DNA of 64,000 bases, taken from positions 18,849 to 82,848 of the forward strand of contig SVQP01000004.1 in NCBI GenBank assembly GCA_015065285.1. The letters are read 5' to 3'. Positions within the stretch are counted from its first letter, which is position 1; the number at the start of each line of letters is the position of its first letter. The notes beneath the pieces are model-generated. The model was not told the origin of the DNA and did no database searches. It was given only the letters and a program-made list of their open reading frames with translations. The position numbers and the translations under genes are program-made. This stretch comes from Oscillospiraceae bacterium (GTDB lineage Bacteria > Bacillota > Clostridia > Oscillospirales > CAG-272). Below are positions 59,521 through 64,000 of this stretch, one piece after another.

Positions 59521-60456
59521 ATGAGCAGCTTTGAAAACCTTCGCATTGTGGATAATTTTTATCAGACCTCTCTGTTTTTCCCAATGCCCACCGTCATCAT
59601 TTCCACCCTTTGCGAGGATGGCAAAACCAACCTCGGTCCCTATTCGCTGGTGCAGCCCTACTACGTGGCAGGCAAGGATTATTACGCAATGCTGCTGTGC
59701 TGCCGCAACTCCTCGAATACTGCGCAGAACATTCTGCGCAACGGCAAGTGCACCCTGAATTTTATTGATGATAAGCCCTCCACCTTCAAAGAAGCAGTCA
59801 AGCTTTCCTGGCCGGGTGACAAGCCCGAGGAGAAAATGCCCAAGTGCAACTTCAAGCTGGAAAAGAGCCTTCTCGAAGAAGAGACCGGCGAGGCGCGTCC
59901 CATGGTGCTGACCGACGCGATTGAAGCGATTGAATGCACGTGGATGAGAGAGCTGGACGGGGCGGACAAGGATCTGCCGGGCGAACTCAACGGCTACGAG
60001 GGTCCTTACCATGATTTCAACGGCATTACCTCCAAGTTCGGTGCACACTTTATTCTGCGCGTGGACAAGATCCTGATGAAGAAAAAATACCGCGATGCCA
60101 TTATCAGGGGCGTTAAGGCTTCGGACTTCCCCGCCCTGCCCGTGGACTATGGCTACCGCGATTCCAAGAACTTCTGGTTCCATCGCAAGACCCGCATGAG
60201 AGCAGAGCTTTTGCAGATGCGCAAGGCTTCCCTTGCCTCTGTGCGCTATGCCGCTGACCGCGCGGACGACAAGATCAAGTTCACCGACGATGCTCTGGAA
60301 ACCGTGCTGGCAGTGCCGCGCGTCTTTTTGCCACTGGTGCTCAAGGGCTGCGTGGATTGGGCACGCGAGAACGGCGTGGAGCTGATCACCGCAGAGCACA
60401 TGAAGATCATCAACGACAAGCGCGCTAAGGAAAAGGAACAAAAAAATAAAAAGTAA
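59521..60456 (+). CDS. flavin-reductase-like (split-barrel FMN-binding) domain protein with a C-terminal extension
   Basis: PMPTVIISTLCEDGKTNLGPYS...CTLNF resembles flavin reductase-like domains. Promoter TTGACA-17-TACAAT upstream, and RBS AGGAGG. Confidence 0.45.
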   Translation: MSSFENLRIVDNFYQTSLFFPMPTVIISTLCEDGKTNLGPYSLVQPYYVAGKDYYAMLLCCRNSSNTAQNILRNGKCTLNFIDDKPSTFKEAVKLSWPGDKPEEKMPKCNFKLEKSLLEEETGEARPMVLTDAIEAIECTWMRELDGADKDLPGELNGYEGPYHDFNGITSKFGAHFILRVDKILMKKKYRDAIIRGVKASDFPALPVDYGYRDSKNFWFHRKTRMRAELLQMRKASLASVRYAADRADDKIKFTDDALETVLAVPRVFLPLVLKGCVDWARENGVELITAEHMKIINDKRAKEKEQKNKK

Positions 60457-60497
60457 AAAATACCGCATGATCCGGAATGGATCATGCGGTTTTCTTT
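60457..60497. terminator. bidirectional rho-independent terminator
   Basis: ACCGCATGATCC...GGATCATGCGGT, flanked by an A-run and a T-run. Confidence 0.7.
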
Positions 60498-61759
60498 TAT
60501 TGCAATTTTTCCTTTGCCACGACAAGCATGAGCTTGATTCTGTTTTCCTGGTTGACCTTTGTAGCACCCGGGTCGTACTCAATGTCGACCACGTTGAGTC
60601 TGGGGTCAAGGCGTCTGACCTTATTGATCATGCCCTTTGCTGCCACGTGACAAGGCAGGCAGCCAAACGGCTGCACGATCACGATATTCTCATATCCGTG
60701 ATCTGCAAACTCCAGCATTTCAGCAGCAAGGTACCAGCCCTCACCCATGCTGTTGCCCACACCGATAACGCCTTCGGTACGCTTTTTAAGATCGTTGACG
60801 CGCTCCGGAGGCACGAACTTGGGATTCTGCTCGATTGCCGAGATCAGAATATCCTCCATCCAGAACATATACTTCATGGCGATCTCTAAAATCAGCTTCT
60901 TGATGGGATTGCCGCCGTACAGACGCAGATCCTCCAAGGCTCCGTTGGTTTTATAGATACCAAAGCCCAGAATGCTGGGTACGTAGACCTCGCAATCCTG
61001 CTCGGCAAGGAACGCCTCGAGATTGTTGTTACCCGGTGCGGAATACTTGAGATACAGCTCACCGATGACCGCAACCTTGACCTTGGGGGTCTTGTTGATC
61101 TCGATGGATGCAAAATCATCCACGATTGCCTTAAGGTTCTTTTTGATAGCGGGCACGCTGTAGCCGCGACCCTTGGCAAAGCCCTGACCCAGGCGCGTTG
61201 CCCACTTGTCTACCATGGCATCCGTCTCGCCTTTATTGACCTCATACGGACGCACCTGATTGGAAAGGATCATGACAATATCACCGTAGATCAAGCCTGC
61301 CACAGCCATCAGAAGTCCAAACGGGCTGAGCAATCCACCGGGATTGAGCTCCATGAGCCACACGTTTGCCGAGATAAAGGGCACGTGCCCGTATCCCGCC
61401 TTCTGGAATGCCTTGCGCATCAGGTTGATATAGTTGCTGTCACGGCAGCCGCCGCCCGACTGTGTAATAATCATTGCCACCTTATCGGGGTCATACTTAC
61501 CGCTCTTCATGGTTGCCAGCATCTGACCCGTGGTCAGCATGGCGGGATAGCACATATCGTTGTTGACGTACTTGAGTGCCATTTGCAGCACCTCGGGGCC
61601 CGTGTTCTCCATGATATCAATGCTGTACCCTTCACGCTGCAGGATGGGACGCAGGATCTTAAAATGAATGGGTGCCATGCTGGGAGTCAGAATGGTATAG
61701 TCCTTTTTCATTTTGCGCGTGAATTTCACGCGGGGATTGTAATGGGAATTCTCACTCAT
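60497..61759 (-). CDS. 2-hydroxyacyl-CoA dehydratase family protein (HgdB/D-like, substrate unknown)
   Basis: 420 aa. NNDMCYPAMLTTGQ...SGGGCRDSNY...QPFGCLPCHV is typical of the dehydratase subunit family. ATGA overlap with the upstream gene. Confidence 0.7.
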   Translation of the reverse strand: MSENSHYNPRVKFTRKMKKDYTILTPSMAPIHFKILRPILQREGYSIDIMENTGPEVLQMALKYVNNDMCYPAMLTTGQMLATMKSGKYDPDKVAMIITQSGGGCRDSNYINLMRKAFQKAGYGHVPFISANVWLMELNPGGLLSPFGLLMAVAGLIYGDIVMILSNQVRPYEVNKGETDAMVDKWATRLGQGFAKGRGYSVPAIKKNLKAIVDDFASIEINKTPKVKVAVIGELYLKYSAPGNNNLEAFLAEQDCEVYVPSILGFGIYKTNGALEDLRLYGGNPIKKLILEIAMKYMFWMEDILISAIEQNPKFVPPERVNDLKKRTEGVIGVGNSMGEGWYLAAEMLEFADHGYENIVIVQPFGCLPCHVAAKGMINKVRRLDPRLNVVDIEYDPGATKVNQENRIKLMLVVAKEKLQ

Positions 61760-64000
61760 GCCTGTGCCCCTCCCTTCTGCTGCTCGATCGCTGCGATCAG
61801 GCTGCGCAGTCTGATCTTGATCGCACCGAGGTTGGTGACCTCATCGATCTTGATCTGTGTATACAGCTGTCCGTCATGCTCCAGAATGGCGCGCACCTCA
61901 TCGGTGGTCAGCGCGTCAAGTCCGCAGCCGAAGGATACCAGATGCACCACGTACATATCGTCCTGAGACGTGACGTACTTAGCAGCCGAGAAAAGTCTTT
62001 GGTGATAGGTCCACTGGCTGAGCAGATTGACCTTGAAATCGGGTGCCATGGCAGCTACGGCATCCTCGGATACCACCGCAAAGCCCAAAGCGCAGATCAG
62101 CTTATGGATGCCGTGGTTAATTTCGGGATCGGCATGGTAGGGTCTGCCTGCCAGCACAATAATCTTCTTACCTTGTGCTCTTGCCATTTCCACGATCTGG
62201 GCGCCCTTGGTGCGAATGCTTTCCATGTACGCGTCGTAAGCCGCGTAAGCCTTTTTGCACGCAGCCTTGACCGCTTTTGCGTCAATGCCTGCAAAGTGCT
62301 TTTGCAGCACCTTGGCAAAGCGCGCGGGGAACTCACGGCGCACGTGAGGTCCTACGTATTCGTTGATGTATTTGATCTTGCCGAAATTGAGCGTATTTGC
62401 CTCAATCACCTCGGGATAGCCCGCGATGACCGCGCAGTTAAAGCAGTTCTTTGCCTTGCCCTCGTCAAAATTGTAGGTCATGCAGGGATAGAAGATGGCA
62501 TCCACGCCCATCTCGATCAGCTGCTGGATATGACCGTGCACCATTTTCGCGGGGAAGCAAACGGTATCGGACGGGATGGTTCCCTGCCCCTTGAGATACA
62601 GCTTTCTGTTGGAGAAACCGCTCATTTTGACCGTAAAGCCAAGCTCTCTGAACAAGGTGTTCCAGAACGGATACATCTCGTACATGTTCAGCCCCATAGG
62701 CAAACCGATAGTGCCGCGCGTGCCCTCCCCCTCGGGAAATGCAGCCAGCGCCTTGAGCTTATATTCATACAAATTGAGCGAATCGTCCTGTGCCTTGTTG
62801 GTCACGGGCTTTTCGCAGCGGTTGCCGCCGATAAATCTGCGTCCGCCACCGAAATCGTTGACAGTGAGCTGGCAGCGGTTGTTACAGCCGTTGCAAGTCA
62901 CGCTCTTGATCGAATACGAAAATTCCTTGATCTCCTCGTAAGAAAGAATGCCGGAATAGCCGTTGCCGCGGTGCAGCTGCTTCGCATAAAGAGCTGCGCC
63001 AAACGCGCCCATCATGCCCGCAATATCAGGACGAATGACCTCCACACCAATCTCCTGCTCAAAGGCACGGAGCACGGCATTATTGAGGAAGGTACCGCCC
63101 TGCACCACGATCTTTTTGCCAAGCTCATCCGCAGAGTGCACGCGAATGACCTTATAAATGGCGTTCTTGACCACGCTGATCGAAAGACCCGCAGAGATAT
63201 TCTCCACACTCACGCCTTCCTTTTGCGCCTGCTTGACCGAGGAATTCATAAACACGGTGCAGCGAGAGCCGAGATCCACAGGCTTTTGACCAAACAAGCC
63301 GAGATTTGCAAATTCGTCAATGGGATAGCCCATGGAATTTGCAAAGGTCTGCAGGAAGGATCCGCAGCCCGAGGAACACGCCTCGTTCAAGAAAATATTA
63401 TCAATGGCACCGCCGCGGATCTTGAAGCACTTCATATCCTGACCGCCAATGTCAATGATAAACTCTACGTCGGGCATGAAATACTTGGCAGCCGTAAAGT
63501 GTGCCACGGTTTCCACCACGCCCACGTCAATGCCCAGTGCCGCGCGCATCATATCCTCACCGTAGCCGGTGACGGCAGACGAAACGATTCTGACACGGGG
63601 ATATTTTTCATACATTTCAATCAAGGTATCCTTGACCACGTCGATCGGCTTGCCCTGATTGGACTGATACTTGGAGTAGATAATCGAGCCGTCTGCATCG
63701 GTCAGCACCACCTTGAGCGTGGTAGACCCCGAGTCAATGCCCAGATAAGCATCGCCCTCGTAGTCCTCGCCCTCGCGTCTGGGCACGCTTGCCTTGGCAT
63801 GGCGCGCCATAAATGCCTCGTACTCTTCCCTGTTTGCAAACAAGGGCTGCAGCGAGGTCTCGGTCAGAGAATCAACCTTTTCGCCGATGATCTCGTATGC
63901 GCGGGCAAGGTCTACCTTCTCTTCGGCATAGTAAGCAGCACCAAGCGCTACGAACACCAAGGAATCCTCGGGGCAGGTGCCCGTGCAATCCAGCGTTTTA
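61756..64000 (-). CDS. BadF/BadG/BcrA/BcrD-type ATPase (CoA-enzyme activase-like) fused to a DUF2229-like domain; N-terminus outside the window
   Basis: The frame stays open to the window edge (KTLDCTGTCPEDS... precedes the listed start). YLGIDSGSTTLKVVL is the ATPase phosphate-1 motif. CNGCNNRCQL is a Cys cluster. The C-terminal half resembles activase-associated domains. Confidence 0.75.
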   Translation of the reverse strand, partial: KTLDCTGTCPEDSLVFVALGAAYYAEEKVDLARAYEIIGEKVDSLTETSLQPLFANREEYEAFMARHAKASVPRREGEDYEGDAYLGIDSGSTTLKVVLTDADGSIIYSKYQSNQGKPIDVVKDTLIEMYEKYPRVRIVSSAVTGYGEDMMRAALGIDVGVVETVAHFTAAKYFMPDVEFIIDIGGQDMKCFKIRGGAIDNIFLNEACSSGCGSFLQTFANSMGYPIDEFANLGLFGQKPVDLGSRCTVFMNSSVKQAQKEGVSVENISAGLSISVVKNAIYKVIRVHSADELGKKIVVQGGTFLNNAVLRAFEQEIGVEVIRPDIAGMMGAFGAALYAKQLHRGNGYSGILSYEEIKEFSYSIKSVTCNGCNNRCQLTVNDFGGGRRFIGGNRCEKPVTNKAQDDSLNLYEYKLKALAAFPEGEGTRGTIGLPMGLNMYEMYPFWNTLFRELGFTVKMSGFSNRKLYLKGQGTIPSDTVCFPAKMVHGHIQQLIEMGVDAIFYPCMTYNFDEGKAKNCFNCAVIAGYPEVIEANTLNFGKIKYINEYVGPHVRREFPARFAKVLQKHFAGIDAKAVKAACKKAYAAYDAYMESIRTKGAQIVEMARAQGKKIIVLAGRPYHADPEINHGIHKLICALGFAVVSEDAVAAMAPDFKVNLLSQWTYHQRLFSAAKYVTSQDDMYVVHLVSFGCGLDALTTDEVRAILEHDGQLYTQIKIDEVTNLGAIKIRLRSLIAAIEQQKGGAQA

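Noticed and set aside
1-64000. Searched by eye for integrases, transposases, phage genes, CRISPR/cas, toxin-antitoxin pairs and known defence-system genes
   Set aside because: None recognised. The RadC-like, MazG-like and nuclease genes are separated by terminators or REP elements and point in different directions. I did not call them a system.

Overview
This is a moderately GC-rich bacterial chromosomal segment. Gene content and style point to Firmicutes/Clostridia: lipoproteins with T/E/Q/P-rich linkers, strong GGAGG ribosome-binding sites (RBS), a TepA-like ClpP paralog, and PduL. That placement is inference only.

The core genes are:
- minus strand: recA-recX, ftsK, lgt, pheA plus a DAHP synthase, murQ, pduL and radC
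- plus strand: rpsO-pnp and tcdA
- one tRNA-Lys(UUU)

The accessory content is dominated by carbohydrate-related genes:
- three paralogs of an unclassified glycoside hydrolase (GH)-like TIM-barrel protein
- two tandem DUF4832-like paralogs
- a rhamnosidase-like GH and a GH-D-like GH
- two paralogous SLC45/GPH-like MFS transporters
- secreted lipoproteins and two ECF sigma / membrane anti-sigma-like pairs

I saw no rRNA, CRISPR array, transposase, integrase or phage structural gene.

The observations most worth follow-up are:
1. A tRNA-Lys whose 3' end is duplicated inside two palindromes that bracket a 2 x 110-bp structured tandem repeat.
2. A Phe/Tyr-rich 20-codon leader ORF with antiterminator and tandem terminators upstream of pheA and the DAHP synthase.
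3. A tightly coupled NUDIX-MFS-GDPD-murQ operon that lacks any MurNAc kinase or PTS.
4. A pduL-SGNH-NifU-like-GGGtGRT operon of unknown function.
5. An AT-rich XRE + lipoprotein cassette flanked by ~80-nt direct repeats.
6. A dispersed family of GTAG-adjacent REP-like hairpins.

The many very long ORFs antisense to real genes are codon-aligned shadow ORFs and were rejected. All calls come from reading the sequence and ORF translations by eye; no database search was run.
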